Positions 1 to 12,035 of a stretch of 64,000 nucleotides of DNA are shown here, piece by piece (position 1 is the first letter of the stretch; every line of letters begins with the position of its first letter). Where the stretch lies: the NCBI GenBank assembly GCA_951406725.2, contig OX597823.1, positions 2,852,001-2,916,000 of the forward strand, written 5' to 3'. The position numbers were made by a program, and so were the translations under genes. The notes below the pieces were generated by a model. That model was not told the DNA's origin, ran no database searches, and was given only the letters and a program-made list of their open reading frames with translations. The DNA comes from Octopus vulgaris. Lineage: Eukaryota.

Positions 1-229
1 TAGCAATACAGTTTTATAATTTTTTTGAACATTACAAGTTTGTATTAACTGAGACGAGTAAATTGAAATTCTAATGATTTTGTCCCAATTCACCAGAAAA
101 GAAAAGGAAAAGAAAAAATCTAAAACTTTGAGGTTTTGGGCAAATTTGTCAAAATCTAACTAATGTAAAATGTAACTAAAATTAACTTTACTGCACTTTT
201 AACTCTGTGATTTCTAATTAAAACCTTTA

Positions 230-1400
230 TTTGGAAAATACTTGAATACTTTTCTAAACGACTGTGCTCACTTTACTGTTAATTTGCTTGCGCTATTCAA
301 TAACCTGCAATTAGAGGTAAGAAAATGGAATATTTCTTCCAAGCAGAGATCACATTTCGAATTCCCAACAGTAGACGGCGAAGTGCTATTAATATTTGTC
401 CACTTAATATCATATATATCACCCCTATTCTTTAAAATCCAGATGAATCCACTCAAACTTAAAATTCATTTTCCCCCCATTTTTGAACGAAGAAAGGTGG
501 TTGCGTAAACTTTGTTTAAAATAAGCAGAACAAGAACATATGTAATAATCAGAAGTGCCATCAGTTGTTACTATACATCTAAAAACTAAGCATTTTTATG
601 AGACATTGCCTTCAAGTGGACATACTAATTTGTTCTTATAGTTACGATAATGCTTATTAGTACTAACTTATGCTTGCTACCGGTAGAAATATCATGTACC
701 CCATCTATAATGTTACGTATCACTTTATGGTTATTATCAGTTTCGCTATAGATTGAAGTAGATGTATCATTGCTTTTCCTTACTCAGCTCATTTAATTCA
801 GATGAGTGTAGTTTGGGCTCAGCTGCCTCCTTTATACTATCTTCTGTAGTTCTTTAGTGTTTTCGCTACTACTGCTAACTAAATAGTTCATTATCCCACT
901 AGAATCATTCATATTATGTTCCACCTTATCCGTATAGTTATTATTATTACTAGTTATATTACTAATATTTATATTGGTTTTATTATTTGTGCTTACTAGG
1001 TTCCTATTAGTTAATTCTCTAACTCTAAAAATTGTACGCTACAATAATTTGGGCTAGGTTCGTACTTGTATTAAAAGCAAATCTAATCGTGTGCCGATTG
1101 AAAATCTGACTCTATTTGTTAGATGGTGGAAACTTAATGCAGCGAAAAATTTTGCAGGTATATTTGCGACTATCTGAGTTCCGAAGACTGCATTATAATA
1201 TAATATATGTGTCTAGATCTGGCTTTTCTTTTAGTGGGTAGGGGTCACAGTTTTTGTTAACAACTTCATTTTTATATCTGTTGTATGTTTTCAAAATAAA
1301 TCTATTACTACATTTAGTACGGGATTTACTTAAAATAACATCGTTATCCATTATTCTTATTATTGTGGTGTTTGGCACGATGATGGACATTTCATTATCT
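230..1400 (-). mobile_element. Decayed Penelope-like element (PLE) 3' part: post-RT region and GIY-YIG endonuclease remnant
   Basis: Minus-strand translations give IFNRHTIRFAFNTSTNLAQII (~1040-1110), CPLEGN..CLVFRCIVTT..YYIC..FKQSLRNH (~500-625) and FIWILKNRGDIYDIKW..CDLCLEE..LLN (ORF 268-456), matching the PLE C-terminal pattern; frameshifts and stops present. Confidence 0.7.
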
Positions 1401-2212
1401 TTGTAGAGCTTTTTGTTTTATGCTCACTTATTTACTTATATCTGCTGGGTTCATAATATTAACCTTATTCAAATTTTATTAAGTCATTCTATGTTTAAGT
1501 GATATTAGAACTATAGCCACAGCGTATTTCAAAGCAAACTTTATTGGCATGTACCCTGAGTATTTTATGATCATTCACCTAGAATATACTTTAAGAAGGA
1601 CTTCCAAAAACTTGAATCCTCAATTCGTTTCATCCAGCCAAACTGAACAAAGCTGCATAGGAATGTCTGCCTCCGATGAATGTGTAACGCAAGTGAATCA
1701 ACTGAATGCTCATAAATGCTAGATCAAGGGATACTAGGACAGTTATCCAGCAGAAACACGTGTTGGATTGGTATTTGCTGAGAATAACACTTTAATAAAT
1801 AGATTTTGAAGATGTATAATTCTCCATTCTTCTTTATGATGTCTTCTTGATTATATATGTGTGTATACAGAACGGGTCTCCAAGCAGTTCGTGCCTATTA
1901 AATTCCACTTAGAGAACTACGTTAAGTGACACATGCTCTAGAACCACGCGATTGCCGCTGCCAGTTCTAATAAACCCACTTTTTCTGCTTCTTTACATAC
2001 TAAAAAAAATTACAAGAAAAGTCTAGGTTTTTACTGTATTAGAAAATCTGTTTATACATAAAAAAACAAACAAACAAACAAAAGAACTGAAAGGGAAATT
2101 AATATTAAAACTGTTTTAATATCTGTGGACCTCGGTAATGCCTAGCGAGCCCCAGATATTTAAATTATTGTTTAAATATATAATTGTTCTAAATAAGGAT
2201 CTGCTGACTTAC

Positions 2213-2313
2213 TTTGAAGGGATTTCTTCACACAATCTTATTGATTTGGGGTTACAACGATTAAGACGTTGATATCCAAACCACGTGTCTTCCTTCCAAT
2301 GCATAAAAGAATC
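2213..2313 (-). CDS. Lipoxygenase coding exon (last exon seen in window; phase 0 to phase 2)
   Basis: Acceptor ttgtctttgtcatacatacAG, donor GTaagt. Translates [33 protein letters not shown], matching the conserved LOX motif W-x-E/D-D-x-x-F-G-x-Q-x-L-N-G-x-N-P..I..C..P. Confidence 0.93.
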
Positions 2314-2399
2314 CTGTATGTATGACAAAGACAACAAAACTAAACATTGATTTCTAATATAGAAACAAGATTTCCAGTTTTATTTGTAATTGGGAGAAG

Positions 2400-2590
2400 G
2401 TTACATGCTGGCAGGATCGTTAGGGTAGCACACCGGACAAAATACTTAGTGGCATTTATTCCGGCTTTACATTCGGAGGTCATCTTTTTGTGGTCGATAA
2501 AGTAAGTTCCAGTCACTAACTGGAGTCGATGAAATCGACCATCTCCCTCCCCACAACATTTCAAGACTTGTGCCTATCGTAAAGAGGATT
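2400..2590 (+). mobile_element. Degenerate tRNA-derived SINE (family of 33289-33685)
   Basis: gctggcaggatcgttag...gtcgataaagtaagttccagt...ggagtcgatgaaatcgac...ttgtgcct aligns by eye with the reverse complement of the 33.3 kb and 44.5 kb copies. Confidence 0.6.
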
Positions 2591-2886
2591 TGTAGTAGGA
2601 AAGGTATAGTTAATTAAGACCCACTACCAATACATAATTTGCATTTCATTATCGACCCCCAAAGAATCGAAAGCAATCGTGACTTTGGTAGTAATCGGAA
2701 CGAGACCATAAATAAGTCTTATGAAATACCATAAAGAATTTTTGTACGACGCACCAGAAATTGTTGTCTATCGACTTAACTTTTGTTTGTCCGTGTAAAC
2801 CAGAACTCACTGTTCTGAAGCAAAAATATGTAACTAAACTTACATTAGAGAATTTAGTACTAGAAACAAGATACTTGAGGGAAATT

Positions 2887-2931
2887 GTGCTTCCCCGCCT
2901 CCTCCTATGCTTTCCTTATATATATATGTAT

Positions 2932-2985
<54 letters not shown>

Positions 2986-4014
2986 GTATATGTATGTATA
3001 TATATATACATATGTGTGTGTGTGTGTGTGTAAATAATAGTAATGGCATTTTTATATAAGCTTAAAGCTCGTGGCGATCATCGTACAATGACTAAGGAAA
3101 ATAGTGCAATAAAGTGGCGTATAAGCCCTCGACAGAATAAAGAAGGCTTTCCAATCGGTGTCATCGCACGGTAAGCGTTAAGCTTATATAAGAATACCAT
3201 CATTATTATTATTTAAAGGATTGTAAACTCGGCGGCGTATATAAAAAAAACATTCGCACCGAAAGCATATATATATATCTGATGAATTCCGTTGCTTCGT
3301 ACAACCAAATTTCCTTAAAAAAAAAACTGATTGGTCAATTCTAGACTATTAAAATCACATACTCCGGCTGCCGTGCTGTAAGATTGAATTAGGTTCAGCC
3401 TGATAGAAAAGGAAGTCTCCTTGCTACACAACTCTACCTTCAGTTTATCATTTATATTCTGACCCTTAAAATGTACTCTTTGGGTTAGATATAAATATTG
3501 TTATTGAAATGTATTGTTTGTTTTCAGATTCACTTCAACTCTGATAGAGCAAACGTTTTGAGCGAAAGCATTCCAGCCTTGTTCAGGTTGTCTTTTCTTC
3601 AGATTTAGTGCGTTTAAGTATGTATTAAACCCAATTTTTTAAGACGGTACGCATGACGCATGGAAGATTTAGCTATTACTTTTAATAGATCAAGCAACTG
3701 TATACAGCATTTGTTTTTTTAGTTGATCCATCGTCCTCTGATCAACAATCACCCTCCTAACCAGGCTACCGTCTGCGGCCTTACCTTCATTTTCGTTATA
3801 GGTATACATAATCATGTGATCTCGAGTGCTGTATATCTGAAATGAAATTGGATGGTGGGAATGTCTTTGATCATAGGTTTAGTTTGTTGGGTAGATCTAT
3901 AGCAAATGATAACTTTAGCCTATTTTGAATTTCTTGAGTTTCATATATAATTAGCCCTTGTTGTCATTTAGTTCTATACTAATCGCCATTGAGCAAACAG
4001 AGTATCAGAAGCGT

Positions 4015-4059
<45 letters not shown>

Positions 4060-4292
4060 TTTCGGTGCGAATGGGTTTTTTATACGCCGCCGAGTTTACA
4101 ATCCTTTAAATAATAATAATGATGGTATTCTTATATAAGCTTAACGCTTACCGTGCGATGACACCGATTGGAAAGCCTTCTTTATTCTGTCGAGGGCTTA
4201 TACGCCACTTTATTGCACTATTTTCCTTAGTCATTGTACGATGATCGCCATGAGCTTTAAGCTTATATAAAAATGCCATTACTATTATTTAC

Positions 4293-4345
<53 letters not shown>

Positions 4346-4397
4346 CATACATACATATATATAAGGAAGGAAGGCATAGGAGGAGGCGGGGAATCAC
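2887..4397. repeat. Long inverted duplication: arms 2887-3284 and 4016-4397, spacer about 730 bp
   Basis: 3031-3268 is the reverse complement of 4056-4291 with only a few differences; flanking microsatellites and the 'ttccccgcctcctcctatgc' segment are also mirrored. Confidence 0.92.
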
Positions 4398-4828
4398 GAC
4401 CTTCGAACCTTGAGCCTCACAGCACAGAGGCAATGACAAGAGACCGAGACCTTTGGAGAGATGCTGTGATTGTTGGACAGCATGCCATGCTTGAAAAGAT
4501 GAGTCAAGTAAAATCAAAATCAAATTCAAAATGGAAATTGTACTTGTGGCTGATGTCAGCTCCACCTGACAGGCACCCGTGCTGGTGGCACGTAATAAGC
4601 ACCATTCAAGCGTAGCCTGTGCTGCCTGACTGGCTCCTGTGCCGCAGGAATGTAAAAGCACCCTCTACATTCTCGGAGTGGTTGGCGTTAGGATGGGCAT
4701 CCAGCTGTAGAAACCTTGCCAGATCAGATTGGAGCCTGGTGCAGCTACCTGGCTTGCCAGTCCCCAATCAAACCGTCCAACCCATGCCAGCATGGAATAC
4801 GGACGTTAAACGATAATGGTGATGATCA

Positions 4829-4830
<2 letters not shown>
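4380..4830 (+). mobile_element. 3' end and tail of a LINE-related repeat
   Basis: C-terminal-like MTRDRDLWRDAV, then a GC-richer 3' region ending acgttaaacgataatggtgatgat (degenerate GAT tail) before (TA)n. Confidence 0.5.
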
Positions 4831-4879
<49 letters not shown>

Positions 4880-5068
4880 GTAGAAATAGGTTTCAAAGAG
4901 AAAAGAAACTACACTTTGTATAAATATGTAAAAACTAAAAATAAAAGAGAAAATGCACATTGCATATGAAAAAATATAGGCTTTTTATGAACAGCAATGA
5001 TAAATATATACAATTAAATGACCTGAGGTAGAATTAAGAGGTATAAAAGTCATTATTTTGTTAAAGAG

Positions 5069-5116
5069 ATTCAATGTCATACCGGTATTGTCAAAAGCTG
5101 TTCACTGTCTTTGAAT
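5069..5116 (-). ncRNA. Hammerhead-like motif in PLE pLTR (G3-C8 core variant, degenerate)
   Basis: ATTCAAAGACA-GTGAACA-GC TTTT GAC-AATA-CCGG-TA-TGACATTGAAT: stem I, core, short stem II, palindromic ACCGGT in place of stem III. Confidence 0.5.
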
Positions 5117-8100
5117 GAGCACCGATTTCCAAACGGTGTCGGGTCTACTCTTTGTCGGAGTGACATTCCTGTTTGCCCATCAGTACCCGCCAAAAGGTGG
5201 GGGCATGTGCCACAGTTAGGCCGCCCGTATTTTTCACTTTTGGTTCCTTTGTTAATAGATATAGTCTTGTGTTGGTTAATATTATTTTTAATGATTTCGG
5301 TTGCATTTTGCTCTTGATAATTTTGTGTGAGCCTAAAATTTTTTTCATTGTTTTATCTCCTGTGAGAATGGATAGATTTTGTATGATGATGTTGAAGGCC
5401 TCATTGTTTCTATGGTTGTGTGTGAAGTATGGGAGTATTTTAAAGTCTGGTTTGGTATTTCGGTTGACTTCCTTTAATGTTCGTATGTCTATTTCCTTTT
5501 CTCGTTTAATCCCATCAGTTATTAATGATGCTGGGTAATGTCTCTTGATTAGTATTGATCTGAGTTCAAGGAGTCTTCGTTCACGAGTATAGGTGTCCGA
5601 AACTATAGTACAGATTATTTTCGCTAGATTATAAGTATATTAATTTTTATGTGCTTGGGATGGCATGAGTTGAATAATAGGCATTGTTTAGAATCTGTGG
5701 GTTCATAGAAGATGTCTGTTTCGATATGGTTATTGACTATTTTAATTAGGATGTCAAGAAACGGAAGTTGTTTATTGCTGTGGTCCATGCTGAATTGTAT
5801 GTTGCTATTGATATCGTTGTGCATTATTTTGAAGTCAAGGAGTTTGCCCATGCTGCATTTCCAAAGTGTAAAGCAATCGTCCAAATACCTCTTTCAGTCT
5901 TCCTTTAAATAGCAATGAAATGAGGTGCCATATTTTTGTAGTGAGGATTGGTATATTTTAAGTGCTAGGTAACCCATTACAAGGTTCGCAATCACTGGGG
6001 CAAATCGAGTTCCCATTGCAATTCCACATTTTTGTCGATACTAAACTGTATCGAACATTAATTAGCTGTTCAGTAGGATGAATTTGAGTGCTGCAATTAT
6101 GAATCTGTGGTTGATGCAACCTGGGATCTCTTCCGGGTATTTTTCTAGCCAGAAGGTGATTGCTTCTATACCATAATCGTGTGGGATATTAGTGTACAAA
6201 TTCACCACATCGAATGATAATAACAGGGTTCCTTCATTTATTGTCTTCGGGAGGTGTTTAAACATGTCTAAGTCTTCCCTGATGAAGATTTTCACATATT
6301 TTAGAAACGGTTTGAGTAAGCTTTCGAGAAAGTTGCTCAAACGGTGGGTTTCACAAGCAGGGCTAGCAATGATGGGTCTGAAGTCAGTAGTGGGAGGTAC
6401 ATTAATGCATACGCTAGGAGAATTTTTGCAAGATTTACAAATATGTAGATTTTTGTGTATTTTAGGTACTCCGCAGAATAGAGTAGATCTGTATTTAAAA
6501 TTGAATAAATAGTTAATTTCATGTTTAGTGAGGCCCTTTCCATGTATTTGAAGTTAGGAGGATAAGCTTTTAAGTGTCTTCTGTGGTTTGTATTGTACTA
6601 TCTTCTCATAGTAAATATTATTTTCCAATTTGGAGAGTATAACATTTTTGTAGTACTCTGTGTCCATCACCACTGCCGCACTTCCTTTGTTGGCTTCTGT
6701 AATGGTGAGGTTTATATCATTTTTTAACTCGATTAGGTCGTTCCATTCATTTACATTAAGGCTTGATTTGATTCGTTGTTTTTGTAAGGTATTAAAAGGA
6801 AAACTGGTAATGTGTTCATAAAAAGCATCAAGTGCTTTATTTCTGCCTATTGTAGGACAGTATTCACTTTTGTTTTTTACTATTAAGTCATCTTCGCTGG
6901 TGTAGTTGTGAAGTGCTTCTGTGTGGCGTAATTTTCGGCAGAAAGCCATAGTGTTATCCTTAATTTCATTCGGGTTCGATCAGCAGGGGGCTGGAGTAAA
7001 TTTTAAACCTCTTGCTAGAATTTTAGTTTGTGTAGTACTTATGATTTTCTTTGATAAGTTGATTATTTCCAGTTGTTCATGTATATTTTGTTCCATTTCA
7101 CATCTCTGTTTCTCTGATTTAGGTTTAAAAAATGGTTGTAGGAGGTGGATTGATGTGGAAGGTCTGTATAGGAGAAAATGGTTGCACAGTGTGTCTGTGG
7201 TAGTATGTCTGTGGTGGGGTGACTCTGTAGTGGACTAAGTTATGGTTGTACTGGGAGTTGTTATATTGTCTATGGTTGATGTGGCTTGGGTTAAATTCAT
7301 TCTTAATTTTGTGATGTGGGTGGAGAGAGAAGTTCTGTTGTCTAGTTAGGCTGTGTCTAGTTGAATGCTTGAAGTATCCATGTTGAGGCTAGGTGTCAGA
7401 AGCAAATTTGTCCCTTATCTGAGAGTTGATGGGGGTAGATTGGTAGGTAGTGGTTCTCGAATGTTTGGGTTAGTCTGGAGGCTTGCGTGGATCTTTTGAT
7501 TTGTATGTTGGGAGCCTTGAAAATTACGTCCGGATTTTCTACTACGAGCGGATTCCCTGTTTGTTGTTTGTAAGTTATTTGTAGGTAGAAGTGAGGTGAG
7601 GTTGGTTGAGTTGTGTCCCCTAGATTGTCTGTGGTTTGAGCCAGAGAAATGTAAGGTCATTTTTGCGTGGGTTTTTGGTTTATCTTTCTTCAGGAAGGGG
7701 TTATCTGATATGTTTTCTATGTTGAACGGTGTTTCGTAGTATTGGAAACAAAATTAGCTTCTCTTTCCCAGCGTTGTTGGCAATTGATTTCTTCAGTTTC
7801 ACAAGTTGTTTTCCATTGTTTAAAAACACTCTCCAACAGTTGACCATCTCAATGTTTCCTTAATACGGAATATATTTCCTCATCTATGCTTTTAAATTTA
7901 TGTTCATTTCTTAACGCTTACGTTTAAGGATTTCCATTTCCGTTTTCCTTTTCTTCCAATGCTAGTCTCTCCCTTAATTGTCTTTGTTGGTCCTGTTCGT
8001 TTGGTATTAGTTTAATTTGAAATTTACGAGGTAAGATTACTGGAGTTGAATTTAACCAGCGTTCATAACTTTCTGCCGTGTAGTTGTTTTTAATAATATT

Positions 8101-9013
8101 CCAGAAAGAAAGTTTTCTGGCTTTAAGTTCCTCCTTCCAAATATGGATAATACGGTTTTTAATTGATTGCATTAACGTAGTGGATGTTCTATGGTGTGTA
8201 TCATCTGTAGGGGATTTTCATTTATGCAACAATTATGAGGTAACGATTGTAGAGTGGTGCATAATTCGGTCAAATGTTGATTGAATTGTTCCAGAGATTG
8301 CCCTTTCTCTTCTTGTGTAAATCGTTTATGTTCATCAATCTTATTAATTATGAGTCTCAAATTCGAGCTAATCTTTTTTAGTTCCTTTAGAGTATCTTCG
8401 TTGAAAGTTTTAACTGAAAAGTTTGGTATCTGTGGCATTTTAAATCTCACGTTTAGTAAAACACAATAGAAATAGGTTTCAAAGAGAAAAGAAACTACAC
8501 GCGGTATGAATAAGGGAAAAGAAAAAAGAGAAAATGCATGTTGGATATAAAAAATAAAGACCTTTTTATGGGTGCAGTAATCAATATATTGGGCAAACAG
8601 GAATGTCTCTCCGACGAAGAACAACTCTTCACAAAGAACAAATCCGTTATCCACAATACAGACAGATACAGGCCAGTGAACACAGAAAAATGTGCTAGGA
8701 ACCTTAAACCAAACTTCCTAATTTTCCCTTTCTATCAAAGTTCACAGTACACCTAACTACAGCAAAGAATGAATAAAGAGGCGACGTTCATTAATAAATA
8801 TCATCCAGAACTCAATATGAACACATAACATAATACAGGACACTACTAACCTTACCAACAATACCACTAATTTCCATGCATCCTATACACCAATCATATT
8901 ACAATATATATATCTACCCTAATTGCACCACTTCCAGAACTGCTTTCTTCCTTTGCATATAATCTTTTTACTCAGGGACTAGTAGACCCGACACCGTTTG
9001 GAAGTCAGTGCTC

Positions 9014-9061
9014 ATTCAAAGCCAGTGAATATCTTTTGACGATACCGGTATGACTTTGAAT
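9014..9061 (+). ncRNA. Hammerhead-like motif in inverted pLTR copy
   Basis: ATTCAAAGCCA-GTGAATA-TC TTTT GA C-GATA-CCGG-TA-TGACTTTGAAT; 10 of 11 stem I pairs. Confidence 0.55.
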
Positions 9062-9213
9062 CTCTTTAACAATTCAAAATAATGACTTTTATACCTCTTA
9101 ATTCTACCTCAGTTCATCTAATTGTGTATTTATATATATCGTTATTGTTAATAAAAAAGCCATTATTTTTATATGCAATGTGCAGTTTCTCTTTTTTATT
9201 TTTACCCCCCCCC

Positions 9214-9260
<47 letters not shown>

Positions 9261-9481
9261 GGTATGTATGTATGAATATATGTATGTATGTATGTGTGTA
9301 TGTGTGTGTGTATGTATGTATGTATGTATGTATGTATGAATGTATGTATGAATGAATGTATGTATGTATGTGTGTATGTATGTATGAATGTATGTATGTA
9401 TATGTGTATAAGTTTGAATATGTGTGTTCCTCCTAAAATTCATGAGGTATTTTCAAAAATAAAACTATTCTAAGCACATAC

Positions 9482-9610
9482 CTTCGGTTCCAGAAGAAGG
9501 CTGCGGCTGTATATCAAGTTTAAGTCATCTAGCTTCTCCAATGTCCATGTTGTCAATTTAGCATACAACTCTTTAATGTCGGTTTCCGCTACGTCCAATT
9601 CGATTCTCAT
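9482..9610 (-). CDS. Lipoxygenase coding exon (129 bp, phase 0-0)
   Basis: Acceptor cattttatttcAG, donor GTatgt. Open frame MRIELDVAETDIKELYAKLTTWTLEKLDDLNLIYSRSLLLEPK, in frame with both neighbours; W..L.DL..IY resembles the LOX segment preceding the W.ED..FG motif. Confidence 0.88.
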
Positions 9611-9804
9611 CTGAAATAAAATGTTACGTTTTATTTAAGGGTTGAAAAGGTCAAGTTTGTATGAGAGCAAAGAGACGCGACTGATTCGGACAGTACATAT
9701 ATTCGATACATGTTTTCTATATTTTCTATGGATACCTACTCATACATACAAATATAAGCACAAAAAATAGATGTATATTTATCGCGCTCCTCCCACTCTC
9801 TCTA

Positions 9805-9835
9805 TTTCTTCTTCATCTTCTTCTTCTTCATCATT

Positions 9836-9886
<51 letters not shown>

Positions 9887-9955
9887 TTCTTCTTCTTCTT
9901 CTTCTTCTTCTTCTTCTTCTTCCCCCCCCCTCTCTCTCTCTCTCACACACACACT
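9805..9955. repeat. Compound (TTC)n/(ATC)n/(CT)n microsatellite
   Basis: Direct reading. Confidence 0.9.
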
Positions 9956-10317
9956 TAAACGTAGCATTAGTAGATTCAACATTTTATTCATCATTTTCAG
10001 TTGATTGGGACTTCAAATTTTGCCTTAACAGACTGTTCAACTAGTTAGATTCACGCTGATATACTCAATTCAACATTATGCGTGATTCCATTATTTCACT
10101 CACTGATGGTTGAACTGTTATAAAAATTAGACTAATATATTAAGTTCTTCCTGTTGACTCTATTTATTCAATTTATATACACACACGTGCACATATAAAT
10201 ATATATATATATAGTCAATTCGAGGATGTCAGGTCTTCGTTAAGAATTAAGGAATCCAAAAACCTTTCAACCTCATTATATCATACAAATAAATTTTTAA
10301 TATATCCATAAGTCTCC

Positions 10318-10354
<37 letters not shown>

Positions 10355-10444
10355 TATACATACATTCATACATACACACGCACACTCACACACACACACA
10401 CGTATATATATGTATGTATAAATAAATATATATATATATATATT

Positions 10445-10615
10445 ATAAGAATCTTTTGCGTAATGAGATAAAAAACCAAGGCTGTGTAGATATTAGAACA
10501 TTTATAGACAGAAGGCCTTAGAGCTGTTTCCAGGATATTTAATAATTATATCCCTTCATTGGAGACAGTGTGAGAGGATGGTTGGGTCTCAAGGACACCA
10601 TTACCTCTTATAACC

Positions 10616-10618
<3 letters not shown>
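10445..10618 (-). mobile_element. Short pLTR-like repeat with degenerate hammerhead motif
   Basis: Minus strand gtct-CCAATGA-aGGGATAT..ATATCCT-gGAAACAGCTCTA-aggc between (TA)n tracts; 7-bp stem II, mutated core. Confidence 0.4.
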
Positions 10619-10659
<41 letters not shown>

Positions 10660-10679
10660 TGTGTGTGTGTGTATGTGTG

Positions 10680-11947
10680 TATCCTTTAAGTTCTGTCTAA
10701 ATTTTGAATAAAGGAAACAAGTGATCAAATGTTATATTTAATTGAAAGTTAATCATCAATGTACTTTCCCTGATTATCAATGACTTCCTTCCATCTATTT
10801 ACAAGCTTTTTAATCCCATCAATGTAAAACTCTTTTGTTTTCAAAGGGAAGAACTCTGAAATGTCAGTTTCGACCTCCTCCTGGCTTGCGAAAGTTACGT
10901 CCCCCAAATTATTCTGTAAACTACGAAAGAAATGGTAGTCTGAAAGAGCAAGGTCGGGAGAATAAGGTGGACGAGGAATTTTTTCCAACCAAGCTCTTCG
11001 ATCTTCTGTGATGTGATCTTTGCAGCGTGGGGTCGTGCATTGTCCTGATGAAATATCACTCCTTTTCGAATCACTAAAGCGGGTCTTTTTTTCTTCAAAG
11101 CTTGGTTCAAACGCTCTAATTGCTGACACTTGATTTGAACATTGATTGTTGAATTAGGTGGTAACAATTCAAAGTGAATTACTCCTTTGCAATCCGAGAG
11201 AAGAACTATTTTTCCATGAAGTTCCCTTCTCAGTTGTGGTTGAGTTTTTTCCCTTTTACCAGGTCACTGTTTACGACATTTAACATTTTGATAGAAGATC
11301 CATTTTTCGTCACCAGTCACAAGTCTATCCAAAAGGGGTGAAATGAGTTCACGAGAATGGAGAGAAGAGCAGATGTCAACTCGGGATTTGCGGTTGCTTT
11401 CGGACAATTCATGAGGCACCCATTTTCCAAGTTTAGAAAACCTTTCCAATTTGTTCAAGATGACTATGAATAGTTGTATGGTTTGAACTAAGCTTTATTG
11501 CCAATTCTTCAACTGATAATGCAGGATTTTCTTCAAGTAATGCCTCAAGGAGCTTATCATCAAACTCAACTGGACGTCCTGTTCAATCTTCATCTTCAAG
11601 GCTGAAATCGCCACTTCTGAGTTTTGCAAACCATCTTCATCAAGTTCTTTCATTCAAGCATTGTTTCCCATAAACTGAGTGTATGTTTCGAGTCGCTTCG
11701 GCTTCAGAGTTTCTTTTTTTGTACTCATAAAGCATTATGTGCCTCAAATGCTCTTTGAATACTTCCATGTTAGAAAGGATTTTAATCAAAGAAATTTTAA
11801 TTCTATTATTCTGTAAAATAATGTTTGATTAGTTTAAATGTACACAAATGCATAAAAGTAATTCCATTAGACGTTCTAAAATACTATTAAATTTCTTTTA
11901 ATTCCAAAAAAGGTAAAATTGGACAGAACTTATGGGATGACCTGATA
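10680..11947 (-). mobile_element. Mariner DNA transposon, near full-length, frameshifted transposase (about 11768 to 10749)
   Basis: Motifs KLGKWVPHEL, VTGDEKW, FHQDNARPH, PPYSPDLALSDYHFF; partial TIRs taagttctgtc(t/c)aatttt at both ends; TA-rich flanks. Confidence 0.93.
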
Positions 11948-11951
11948 TATG

Positions 11952-12029
<78 letters not shown>

Positions 12030-12035
<6 letters not shown>

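Larger units (their letters stand above)
4880..9197 (-). mobile_element. Near full-length decayed Penelope-like element with inverted 5' segment
   Basis: Minus-strand ORF pieces from ~8436 to ~5150: IINLS..ARGLKFTP, LLSFDVVNLYTNIPH, GIAMGTRFAP, RYLDDCF, LLFNSCHPKH, CGTCPHL. pLTR-like 4880-5149 is partly repeated directly at 8468-8570 and inverted at 8981-9197. Plus-strand 8580-8820 encodes the GIY-YIG half (YIGQTGMSLRRR..H..E..FI..P.LN). Confidence 0.88.

Noticed and set aside
9482-9610. IYSRSLLLEPK resembling a RasGEF C-terminal motif
   Set aside because: Neighbouring in-phase exons give clear lipoxygenase motifs.
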